The translations under genes were made by a program, and so were the position numbers. Positions 18,246 through 25,592 of a stretch of DNA of 32,000 nucleotides are shown here, piece after piece. Under the pieces are notes generated by a model. The model was not told the DNA's origin. It saw nothing but the letters and a program-made list of their open reading frames with translations, and did no database searches. Every line of letters begins with the position of its first letter. The stretch's first letter is position 1. The stretch is taken from the NCBI RefSeq assembly GCF_001465295.1, contig NZ_CP011034.1:1470001-1502000 (forward strand), written 5' to 3'. This stretch comes from Pseudoalteromonas translucida KMM 520. GTDB taxonomy: Bacteria; Pseudomonadota; Gammaproteobacteria; Enterobacterales; Alteromonadaceae.

Positions 18246-19814
18246 TTAACCCGCCTCGTAAGTAGATTTAATAGCGGTAATAACCGCTTGTGCTTTAGCA
18301 CGGGTTTCGTTTGCTTCTGACTGCGGATCTGAGTCAAACACCACTCCGGCCCCGGCTTGCACGTAAGCAATATTATTTTTTACAAAGGCAGAGCGAATAA
18401 CAATACAGCTATCCATAGCGCCATCGCCGGTTAAATAGCCTACAGCGCCGCCGTAGCTACCACGGCGCTTACCTTCGGTTTGGCGCACAAGTTCTGCAGC
18501 ACGTACTTTTGGTGCACCAACTAAGGTTCCCATGTTCATACATGCTTGGTATGCGTGCAGTGCATCAAGCTCTGGCTTTAGCGTGCCGACCACGCGCGAC
18601 ACTAAATGCATTACTTGAGAGTAGCGGTCTACTTTTAATAGCTCTTTTGCATAGCGCGTACCGGCTACGCTAATACGGGCAACATCGTTGCGGGCTAAAT
18701 CAACTAGCATTAAATGCTCAGCGCGCTCTTTTTGATCGTTTCTGAGTTCAAGCTCGATGCGGCTGTCTAAGTCTAGATTTATTTGACCATTAGCAAATTT
18801 GCCACGCGCTCGAGTACCTGCAATTGGATATACTTCGACCTGTTTTGATGCCACAGTATATTTAAGTGCTGACTCGGGGGATGCACCAAATAAAGCAAAG
18901 TCTTCATCGCGCATATAAAACATATACGGGCTGGGGTTTTGCTGTTTAAGTTTGCTATAAGCATGAAGTGGGTCGGGGCAAGGCAGCGAGAAGGTACGCG
19001 AAGGCACAACCTGAAATATATCGCCATCTACAATATTCTTTTTCAGCTTAATTACTTGCTCGCAGTAAGTTTCGTCGCTTATATCAACAGCAACATCGCA
19101 TTCACCGCTTTGCATCTTGGCGCTAAATTGTGCAGCACTATCGCATAAGGCATTTAAGCGCTCTAGCTCTTTACCTACTTCAAAGCAGTTTGCATGTACG
19201 TCGGGGCCATTAAATACATTACCAATAAGTTCTGTGGTTTGTTTTTGATGATCGATAACAACTAAAGTTTCGGCTAAATAAAACACGTAATCGGGGCAGG
19301 TGTTTTCGCCGTCAGGCACATCACTTAACTGTTCAAAATTGGCTACCATGTCGTAGGCAAATACACCGCCTAAAAATACCGAAAAAGGATTGTTGGTGGT
19401 GCTTTTAATACTATTAATACAGGTGCGCAGTGCACTGAATGCATTATCGGCAACCAGCTTACTCGCTTCGTCAATATCATTGTTTGAGTTTAAGTACTCA
19501 AGCGTTAATCTTGTATCGTTTAGCGTGGCTTCACAGCTTTTTACATTAGCATGTAAGTAGCTTAGTAACTGTTGCCCATTATTTGATTGCGCTGTAATAG
19601 TTACAGTTTTACCCTGACATACAATACGCAGTGCACAATCAACTAAAATTAAACTTTTAACACTGTCTTTAGACTCAATTTCGGCCGACTCAAGCAGTAG
19701 CGAATTTGGCTTATCAAGTGCGCTATATAGTGCAAGCGGGCTACTAATATAGTCGCGTACTTGCGTAATGCTGGTTACTTCACCTGGTGTGGTAGTTATG
19801 TGACTAAAAATCAA
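18246..19814 (-). CDS. trpE: Anthranilate synthase component I
   Basis: Collinear with E. coli TrpE: LLESAEI, FQVVPSR, NPSPYMFY, IAGTRARG, LMLVDLARND, GAPKVRA and GSYGGAVGY. It has a TTG start at 19814 with GAGGG 8 nt upstream. No in-frame ATG is nearby. Confidence 0.93.
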   Translation of the reverse strand: MIFSHITTTPGEVTSITQVRDYISSPLALYSALDKPNSLLLESAEIESKDSVKSLILVDCALRIVCQGKTVTITAQSNNGQQLLSYLHANVKSCEATLNDTRLTLEYLNSNNDIDEASKLVADNAFSALRTCINSIKSTTNNPFSVFLGGVFAYDMVANFEQLSDVPDGENTCPDYVFYLAETLVVIDHQKQTTELIGNVFNGPDVHANCFEVGKELERLNALCDSAAQFSAKMQSGECDVAVDISDETYCEQVIKLKKNIVDGDIFQVVPSRTFSLPCPDPLHAYSKLKQQNPSPYMFYMRDEDFALFGASPESALKYTVASKQVEVYPIAGTRARGKFANGQINLDLDSRIELELRNDQKERAEHLMLVDLARNDVARISVAGTRYAKELLKVDRYSQVMHLVSRVVGTLKPELDALHAYQACMNMGTLVGAPKVRAAELVRQTEGKRRGSYGGAVGYLTGDGAMDSCIVIRSAFVKNNIAYVQAGAGVVFDSDPQSEANETRAKAQAVITAIKSTYEAG

Positions 19815-19827
19815 ACCTCATTCCCTC

Positions 19828-19864
19828 AAAAAAATAAAACCCCGCAATGCTGTGCAATGCGGGG
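19828..19864 (-). terminator. Proximal trp attenuator terminator (3:4 hairpin)
   Basis: Minus-strand RNA reads CCCCGCAUUGC-ACA-GCAUUGCGGGG (19864-19840, one U:U mismatch), followed by UUUUAUUUUUUU (19839-19828). It ends 14 nt before the trpE start. Confidence 0.85.
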
Positions 19865-19909
19865 TTTAAATAACGATATCTAAATTACAAACAGATCATT
19901 ACCGTCCCG

Positions 19910-19957
19910 CTAAATTAAGCGCCACCAACGATGTGTAAGAGTAAGATTGTTATTCAT
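19910..19957 (-). CDS. trpL: Proximal trp leader peptide (15 aa, tandem Trp codons)
   Basis: AGAGG-N9-ATG AAT AAC AAT CTT ACT CTT ACA CAT CGT TGG TGG CGC TTA ATT TAG encodes MNNNLTLTHRWWRLI. It lies immediately upstream of the attenuator terminator. Confidence 0.85.
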   Translation of the reverse strand: MNNNLTLTHRWWRLI

Positions 19958-20043
19958 GTTTTTTAGCCTCTAATGCTTTTATTTTTTCCAGTCGTTACTG
20001 GTTAAAAAGATACGTGTAAAAAATAATTATAAAATTTAGTGAT

Positions 20044-20067
20044 AAAAAAACCCGCACAGTTGCGGGT
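20044..20067 (-). terminator. Distal (second) trp-type attenuator terminator
   Basis: Minus-strand RNA reads ACCCGCA-ACUG-UGCGGGU, a perfect 7-bp stem (20067-20050), running into a U7 tract (down to 20044). It is preceded by AAA. Confidence 0.85.
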
Positions 20068-20107
20068 TTTGAATATTTGTTAGACACGACAATTCATCAC
20101 CCGGAAA

Positions 20108-20152
20108 TTACGAGTGCCACCACCAAATAGTGTTTAGAGTAGAATTGTTCAT
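20108..20152 (-). CDS. Distal (second) Trp-rich leader peptide (14 aa, three consecutive Trp codons)
   Basis: ATG AAC AAT TCT ACT CTA AAC ACT ATT TGG TGG TGG CAC TCG TAA encodes MNNSTLNTIWWWHS. It is paralogous to the proximal leader: same MNN start and shared AAGCATTA upstream. No clear Shine-Dalgarno is present. Confidence 0.7.
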   Translation of the reverse strand: MNNSTLNTIWWWHS

Positions 20153-20187
20153 TATTGTTAATGCTTATAGTGTCTTTAAGTGGCTAC

Positions 20188-20217
20188 AGTAAAACGTATC
20201 ATATGCTTTGATGTCAA
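20188..20217 (-). promoter_or_regulatory. Candidate sigma70 promoter of the trp operon
   Basis: On the minus strand, TTGACA (20217-20212), an 18-nt spacer, then TTTACT (20193-20188). Compare E. coli Ptrp, TTGACA-17-TTAACT. This places the TSS about 28 nt before the distal leader ATG. Confidence 0.4.
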
Positions 20218-20250
20218 GTGTTTATTTAAAAACAATTTAGTTAAAAAACT

Positions 20251-20259
20251 TGTTATACT
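20251..20259 (+). promoter_or_regulatory. Candidate extended -10 promoter element for trpH/yciO/scpA
   Basis: TGTTATACT (TGn + TATACT) lies about 43 nt upstream of the TTG start at 20302. No good -35 element is present. Confidence 0.25.
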
Positions 20260-20301
20260 AATTACCGATACTTTCCACACTTAATTTTAAGTAGTTTTCT
20301 T

Positions 20302-21156
20302 TTGATAAAATATGATTTACATAGCCATACAACACATTCCGATGGGCAGCTAAGCGTTGCAGAGCTATTGCATCGTGCTGTTGATAAAAATATAGATGTG
20401 TTTGCTATTACAGATCACGACACTGTGGCGGCCATAAAGCCTGCTCAGCATATTATTGATACCGAAAACCTACCATTATCGCTGATCACCGGAGTTGAAA
20501 TATCAACTCGCTGGGAAAGCTTTGAAATTCATATTGTGGGATTAAATATTGATACCGAAAATTCAGACCTAACGGCTTTATTGCTAGAGCAACAGCAAAA
20601 ACGCGAAACTCGCGCATTAGAAATAGGTACACGCCTAGCTAAAAATGGCTTTGATGATATTTACGAGCAAGCAAAAGAGCTTGCAAAAGATGCGCAAATT
20701 ACTCGCGCGCATTTTGCTCGCGCTTTAATAGCACGCGGTGTTGCAAAAAACTTTCCCGGGGTATTTAAAAAATATTTAGGGCGCGGCAAAACCGGTTATG
20801 TACCAAGTAGTTGGTGCGATATGCAAACGGCTATTAAGGCGATTCATGCCGCTGGTGGAGTGGCGGTTTTAGCTCACCCTAGTAGTTATCAAATGTCTAA
20901 TAAGTGGCTACGTAAATTATTGGTTGAGTTTAAATATGTTGGCGGAGACGCAATGGAAGTTGCTCAGCCTCAGCAAGCACCAAGTGATCGCCAATTTTTA
21001 GGCGAGTTGAGCCGTGAGTATGATTTGTTATGCTCGCAAGGGTCTGATTTTCATTTTCCGACAAGCTATTTAGAGCTTGGTAAAAATCTATACTTACCTA
21101 AGGATTGCCGCGGCGTTTGGCAAGCTTGGGAAAAGCAAGAAGGAGCAGCAACATGA
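20302..21156 (+). CDS. trpH: PHP-domain phosphoesterase TrpH/YciV (RNase AM)
   Basis: YDLHSHTTHSDG, ITDHDT, GVEIS, GKTGYVP, AHP, GGDAMEV and GSDFH are collinear with E. coli YciV. It is divergent from the trp operon, as in E. coli. TTG start. Confidence 0.9.
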   Translation: MIKYDLHSHTTHSDGQLSVAELLHRAVDKNIDVFAITDHDTVAAIKPAQHIIDTENLPLSLITGVEISTRWESFEIHIVGLNIDTENSDLTALLLEQQQKRETRALEIGTRLAKNGFDDIYEQAKELAKDAQITRAHFARALIARGVAKNFPGVFKKYLGRGKTGYVPSSWCDMQTAIKAIHAAGGVAVLAHPSSYQMSNKWLRKLLVEFKYVGGDAMEVAQPQQAPSDRQFLGELSREYDLLCSQGSDFHFPTSYLELGKNLYLPKDCRGVWQAWEKQEGAAT

Positions 21157-21773
21157 GTCAACTATTTCATATTCATCCAGAGAATCCACAATCAAGATTA
21201 ATTCAACAAGCTGCCGATATAATTAAGCAAGGCGGCGTTGTTGTTTACCCTACAGATTCGGGGTACGCCATAGGGTGTAATATTGGTAATAAACAAGCAA
21301 AAGAGCGTATTGAGCGTATTCGTGGCATAGAAAAGCACCATAATTTTACTTTAGTGTGTCGCGACTTATCTGAGCTTTCTACTTATGCACGCGTAGATAA
21401 TCAGACCTTTAGATTAATAAAAAACAATACGCCAGGGCCTTATACTTTTATTTTTAAAGGCACGAAAGAAGTACCAAAACGTTTATTAAACGACAAGAAA
21501 AAAACCATAGGTATACGCGTTATAGCGCATCCTATTGCGTGTGCATTGCTAGAAGAACTTGGCGAGCCACTCATGTCGTGTTCACTTATTTTACCTGGTG
21601 AAGAATACACTGAGTCAGATCCAGATGAAATTATTGAGCGATTAGATAAACACGTAGATTTAATTATCCATGGTGGTTATTTAGCAGAGCAAGCAACCAC
21701 AGTGGTTGATTTATCTGAAGATGAAGTGCAAATTTTGCGTGTTGGCTGTGGTGATACCAGTCCGTTTGAGTAA
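21153..21773 (+). CDS. yciO: YciO (Sua5/YrdC/YciO-fold dsRNA-binding family) protein
   Basis: MSQLFHIHPENPQSRLIQQAADIIKQGGVVVYPTDSGYAIGC is nearly identical in pattern to E. coli YciO. ATG 21153 overlaps the trpH stop (ATGA), with GAAGGAG upstream. The track start 21105 is an extension. Confidence 0.92.
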   Translation: MSQLFHIHPENPQSRLIQQAADIIKQGGVVVYPTDSGYAIGCNIGNKQAKERIERIRGIEKHHNFTLVCRDLSELSTYARVDNQTFRLIKNNTPGPYTFIFKGTKEVPKRLLNDKKKTIGIRVIAHPIACALLEELGEPLMSCSLILPGEEYTESDPDEIIERLDKHVDLIIHGGYLAEQATTVVDLSEDEVQILRVGCGDTSPFE

Positions 21774-21779
21774 AAAGTA

Positions 21780-22622
21780 GTGAACGAAGAAAACACCAAA
21801 CCAATAAGCACCCCCATTGAAAAGCCAGTGCAGCAAAAGCTGCCACTGGCTTTTTTACATGGTAAAGCCATGGTCGATAAACCTTCTGATTTATATATTC
21901 CGCCAGACGCGCTGGAAATTATTTTAGAAACGTTTGAAGGCCCGCTCGACTTACTGCTGTATTTAATAAAAAAACACAAGCTTGATGTACTCGAACTGTC
22001 TATTTTTAGTATTACAGAGCAATACATGAGTTATGTTGAAATGATGACTGAGTTTCAACTCGAACTTGCGGGCGAGTATTTAGTCATGGCAGCCTTATTG
22101 GCGCAAATAAAATCTCGTTTACTGTTGCCCGTACACAAAGAGCTAGAAGAAGAGGAAGATCCTCGCGCAGAGCTTATTAAACGTTTGCAAGAATACGAGC
22201 AATTTAAAAAAGCCGCCGAAAACTTAGATGAAATTCCGCGAGTAGGTCGTGATATTTTTGTCGCTCATGCTGCTATGCCAGTAGCTGAAAATACTACTGA
22301 GCAGTTTCCTGAAGTGCAGCTTAAAGATTTACTTTTTGCCCTGAGCGATATAATGGCACGCGCTAAAACTCTAGAGCATCATTTAATTAGCGCCGAAGTA
22401 CTTTCTACCCGTGAACGTATGAGCCAAATATTGCAGCAGTTATCACACACTCAATCGGCTTTACCATTTAGTGCGCTTTTTACGGTTAATGAAGGGCGAA
22501 GCGGTGCTGTGGTGAGTTTTATTGCAATACTTGAGCTGGTAAAAGAAGGGTTAATTACCTGCCTACAAGTCACATCTGATAGCCTTATTTATGTGAGCCT
22601 CAGTAAAAATACTACTCAATAG
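21780..22622 (+). CDS. scpA: Segregation and condensation protein A (kleisin of the SMC complex)
   Basis: FEGPLDLLLYLIKKHKLDVLELSI, ITEQYMSYVEMM and AGEYLVMAALLAQIKSRLLLP are typical ScpA N-terminal blocks. GTG start. Confidence 0.85.
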   Translation: MNEENTKPISTPIEKPVQQKLPLAFLHGKAMVDKPSDLYIPPDALEIILETFEGPLDLLLYLIKKHKLDVLELSIFSITEQYMSYVEMMTEFQLELAGEYLVMAALLAQIKSRLLLPVHKELEEEEDPRAELIKRLQEYEQFKKAAENLDEIPRVGRDIFVAHAAMPVAENTTEQFPEVQLKDLLFALSDIMARAKTLEHHLISAEVLSTRERMSQILQQLSHTQSALPFSALFTVNEGRSGAVVSFIAILELVKEGLITCLQVTSDSLIYVSLSKNTTQ

Positions 22623-22855
22623 TTATTAATAAGCACTCAAAAACAGTCTCTTTTAATAACGATTACAATTACCAGTAGTTATTAAAAACCTCCGCTTGCA
22701 AGTCCCATAATTCTCTATTTATTACCTGCTAGTTAATAAAATTGGCTGCATAAATATACTTCTGTGCGTATATGCACGTAAAGTGTTTGTAAATGTTATT
22801 TTCATTTATGCTCTTGCGCGATATTGTAGGCGTAATAATACAAAGGAATAAAGAC

Positions 22856-23410
22856 ATGTTTAAAAATTCGCCTGCATCTTATGGGCTCATTGCGATTATT
22901 TTACATTGGCTAATGGCATTAACTATCTTTGGTTTATTTGGCCTTGGCTTGTACATGGTAGAACTTACCTACTACGATAGTTGGTATAAAGGCTCATTAG
23001 ACTTGCATAAAAGCATAGGTTTAACCTTAGCTGCGGTGTTTTTGTTTAGAATTTTATGGCGCACTTTTTCGACTCAACCTAAGCCACTGGGTACTAACAA
23101 AGCGATGAACCAAATAGCGCATACTGCCCATATTATTATGTACGTTATTTTGGCGGTTATTGTTGTAGCAGGCTATTTAATTTCTACCGCAGATGGGCGA
23201 GCTATCGAAGTATTTACGTTATTCAATGTACCGGCAATAAACTTTACATTTGACGGACAAGCCGATATTGCTGGGGAAGTGCATTATTACGCAGCCTGCA
23301 CTTTAATTGGTTTTGCCGTACTGCATGCACTGGGTGCATTAAAACACCATTTTATAGATAAAGATAAAACCTTAATTCGAATGATTAAACCTATTAACGC
23401 TAAAAATTAA
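22856..23410 (+). CDS. Cytochrome b561 family protein (CybB/YceJ-like)
   Basis: YGLIAIILHWLMAL (haem His), four TM helices and HYYAACTLIGFAVLHALGALKHHF. ATG 22856 with AGGA 8 nt upstream is preferred over the track start 22793. Confidence 0.88.
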   Translation: MFKNSPASYGLIAIILHWLMALTIFGLFGLGLYMVELTYYDSWYKGSLDLHKSIGLTLAAVFLFRILWRTFSTQPKPLGTNKAMNQIAHTAHIIMYVILAVIVVAGYLISTADGRAIEVFTLFNVPAINFTFDGQADIAGEVHYYAACTLIGFAVLHALGALKHHFIDKDKTLIRMIKPINAKN

Positions 23411-23476
23411 TAGCCAACCTGTACTCAGGTTAGCTATTAATGTTAACGGGTATTTACCAATAAAAGGATGATTACA

Positions 23477-24055
23477 ATGAAAAAATTACTATTAAGTACC
23501 GCGGTATCTGGCGCTATGCTGCTATCGGCAAGTGCTGTAAACGCTGCTGACTATGTGATTGATACACAAGGTGCACACGCGTTTGTAAACTTTAAAATAA
23601 AGCATTTAGGCTATAGTTGGTTACACGGTCGCTTTAATACCTTTGACGGTACATTTAGTTACGATGCAAAAACACCAAACGCATCACAGATCACGGTAAA
23701 CATTGATACCACGAGTTTAGATTCTAACCATGCAGAGCGTGATAAGCACCTACGAGGTAAAGATTTTTTAAATGTTAGTAAATACCCAACGGCAACGTTT
23801 AAAAGTACCAGCGTAAAGTTTGATGACGACGACTCTGGTGAAGTGACGGGTGAGTTTACTTTGCATGGCGTTACTAAAACCATTACCTTTGAAATAGATA
23901 AAGTAGGCGAAGGTAAAGATCCATGGGGTGGTCATCGTGTCGGTTTTGAAGGCGAAACTAGCCTTAAGTTAGCCGATTATGGCATTGACTACAATTTAGG
24001 CCCTGCATCAACTCATGTTGATATTGGTTTATCTATTGAAGGTATTCGTCAGTAA
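23477..24055 (+). CDS. yceI: YceI family periplasmic polyisoprenoid-binding protein
   Basis: Signal peptide ending AVNA-AD, then HAFVNFKIKHLGYSWLHGRFNTFDG, SLDSNHAERDKHLRG and FTLHGVTK. It pairs with cytochrome b561 as in the E. coli yceJ-yceI pair. ATG 23477 is preferred over 23468. Confidence 0.9.
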   Translation: MKKLLLSTAVSGAMLLSASAVNAADYVIDTQGAHAFVNFKIKHLGYSWLHGRFNTFDGTFSYDAKTPNASQITVNIDTTSLDSNHAERDKHLRGKDFLNVSKYPTATFKSTSVKFDDDDSGEVTGEFTLHGVTKTITFEIDKVGEGKDPWGGHRVGFEGETSLKLADYGIDYNLGPASTHVDIGLSIEGIRQ

Positions 24056-24077
24056 TATCTAAAGTAAACACTGTCGA

Positions 24078-24107
24078 TAAAAACGTCACATTATGTGGCG
24101 TTTTTTG
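24078..24107. terminator. Bidirectional terminator between yceI (+) and the binding-protein-like gene (-)
   Basis: Stem acgtcaca (24083-24090) / tgtggcgt (24094-24101, one G:U pair), with an A5 run 5' and a T6 run 3'. The hairpin contains the stop codon of the minus-strand gene. Confidence 0.75.
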
Positions 24108-24951
24108 TTTCTGCTATGCGTGTTTTAAGCTTTATTTTTAAATGCTGAGGTAACCAGCGCATTAATATTTGGGTATAAGCTTGGGTTTTTTTAATTATTT
24201 TTAGTTGTTCATTTAACAAAGCAATGTGTTTGGCACCTTGCTGGTTTTTAGTGCAACCTATATAGCCATAACTTAACTCAGGCGACTCTAGAAGCGGTCG
24301 CTGTGTTAGGTTTTTATCAAAATTCATAGATTTAGCTAAATAGTAGTGCTCGCTTGGATAACCTAGTAACAAATCAATGCGTTTTAAATTAAGCATATAA
24401 GTAAGGCTTGCTAAGCTATCTCGGGTGGGTCTAATAATTAAGTTTATATCGGGTGTGGTATTAATAAGTGTGTCTATTTCGTTGCCGTAAGAGCGGCTCA
24501 TAGAAATACCTAAAGTTAACTTATCAGCCGTAATTAAAGAGGCTAACGACACCGCTTTACCTGCAGGTAGTTTAAGTGCTTTACTGAGCTTAATATGCAT
24601 AGCGACTGATGGAGAAAGGCCTGTGGTGGAGCTTTCATTAGTAAAGTAAATGCGCTCTTCTCTAAAGCTATTTTTATACAGTGACAAAGCACAGGTATTG
24701 GCTGAGGTATTGGAGAGTTCTTGAATAACTCTGCCCGAAGGAATGAGTATTCTATTAAAAGTAATATGGGGAAGTTGCTTTTCGAGTAAAGAAATAATGC
24801 TTTCGTCGCGACCTTGGCGTTTGTTTTCCCCATTTAAAATGTAGTAGGGGGCAAAGTCATGCGTTAACCAGTTAATGGTATTAGCATTGCTTGGCGAGCT
24901 GAATAAGCTAAGTATAAAAACGACTAAAAATGCGCGGAGCATTACAAACAT
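24091..24951 (-). CDS. Periplasmic solute-binding-protein-like (family 3 / TIGR02285-like) protein of unknown ligand
   Basis: 286 aa with a signal peptide (LSLFSSPSNA-NT). The N-terminal INWLTHDFAPYYI and the overall length and pattern resemble orphan type-2 periplasmic binding-fold proteins. No adjacent permease or ATPase gene. Confidence 0.6.
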   Translation of the reverse strand: MFVMLRAFLVVFILSLFSSPSNANTINWLTHDFAPYYILNGENKRQGRDESIISLLEKQLPHITFNRILIPSGRVIQELSNTSANTCALSLYKNSFREERIYFTNESSTTGLSPSVAMHIKLSKALKLPAGKAVSLASLITADKLTLGISMSRSYGNEIDTLINTTPDINLIIRPTRDSLASLTYMLNLKRIDLLLGYPSEHYYLAKSMNFDKNLTQRPLLESPELSYGYIGCTKNQQGAKHIALLNEQLKIIKKTQAYTQILMRWLPQHLKIKLKTRIAETKNAT

Positions 24952-24995
24952 TACCCACTATTATTTTATTAACCTTAAGTGTAGCTAATAAAGTG

Positions 24996-25031
24996 ATAAA
25001 AAGTAAAATGCCAGCAACAAGGCTGGCATTT
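24996..25031 (-). terminator. Rho-independent terminator of the 55-aa ORF
   Basis: 10-bp perfect stem aaatgccagc (25006-25015) / gctggcattt (25022-25031). On the minus strand UACUUUUUAUC follows. Confidence 0.7.
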
Positions 25032-25080
25032 AATTTTGATTATTGCGCTAAATAAGTAGGCAAATTATAATCTGTGTAGG

Positions 25081-25248
25081 TTAACTAGCTTTTAGCCATT
25101 TAACAAATTGACGCGCATCGCTTGCTTTTTGAAACAATGCATTTTTTAAACCTTGTGTATCACTAAAAATTACACGATGTTTGTTTACTGAAATTGACTG
25201 CACTGGATGTGCAATTTGGATCATAGACCCATTATATTTATAAGACAT
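25081..25248 (-). CDS. Small hypothetical protein (55 aa), absent from the ORF track because it is under 60 aa
   Basis: ATG 25248 to TAA 25081 encodes MSYKYNGSMIQIAHPVQSISVNKHRVIFSDTQGLKNALFQKASDARQFVKWLKAS. It has a dedicated terminator about 50 nt downstream but only a weak Shine-Dalgarno (GTGAG). Confidence 0.45.
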   Translation of the reverse strand: MSYKYNGSMIQIAHPVQSISVNKHRVIFSDTQGLKNALFQKASDARQFVKWLKAS

Positions 25249-25592
25249 AATAAAACTCACTTTATTCTTGTTATTTATTCTGCGCTATTTTTTATAGCTA
25301 TATGCAGTTAATAAATTAACGATGTTGTGTTTAGCTTCATTACAGTGTTGACGATCTTTATGACACTTTTGCGATGATAATAAAATCATCTCGGTATTAT
25401 TTAAGGGGTTCTCGCCGTACAATAACTTAGCTTTTGAATATACGTTTTGCGGGGCTTACTGGATCAGGGTAAATGGTTAACCGCGGTGGTTTATTTAAAC
25501 CAGAGAGGGAAGGTAACCCAGTTGCATTTCATATGCAAGCCTTTTGTTTTATTATTTATGACAGCCACTATCAATAACTTAAAAGGGAAATC

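Noticed and set aside
18245-18370. N-terminal 42-codon extension of trpG in the track (start at 18370)
   Set aside because: It overlaps the conserved 3' end of trpE in another frame. The canonical TrpG N-terminus (MSQQHPIKIYFLDNFDSFTYNL) begins at ATG 18244, 1 nt after the trpE stop.
13251-19148. Antisense or out-of-frame ORFs inside the trp genes (13251-13481, 13665-13994, 14360-14650, 14454-14681, 15327-15551, 16597-16806, 16849-17109, 17185-17526, 17247-17438, 18779-19027, 18939-19148)
   Set aside because: All are embedded in highly conserved trpA-E coding sequence. Their translations are compositionally odd (Ser/Pro/Cys/Ala rich), typical of shadow ORFs.
21664-22027. Minus-strand ORFs 21664-21846 and 21677-22027 across the yciO/scpA junction
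   Set aside because: They are antisense to two well-supported genes and are mutually overlapping, which points to shadow ORFs.
25491-25532. 13-aa minus-strand ORF MKCNWVTFPLWFK with an AAGG 7 nt upstream, considered as another Trp-sensing leader peptide
   Set aside because: The Trp codons are not adjacent, no terminator or antiterminator follows, and no biosynthetic gene lies downstream. It sits inside the GC-rich island, so it is most likely a chance ORF.
25500-25575. Cobalamin-riboswitch-like fragments (AGAGGGAAGG ... AGCCACTA resembling the GGGAAG core and the GCCACTG B12 box)
   Set aside because: The intervening conserved GGUG..AAUCC elements are absent, the spacing is wrong, and the downstream gene has no link to B12.
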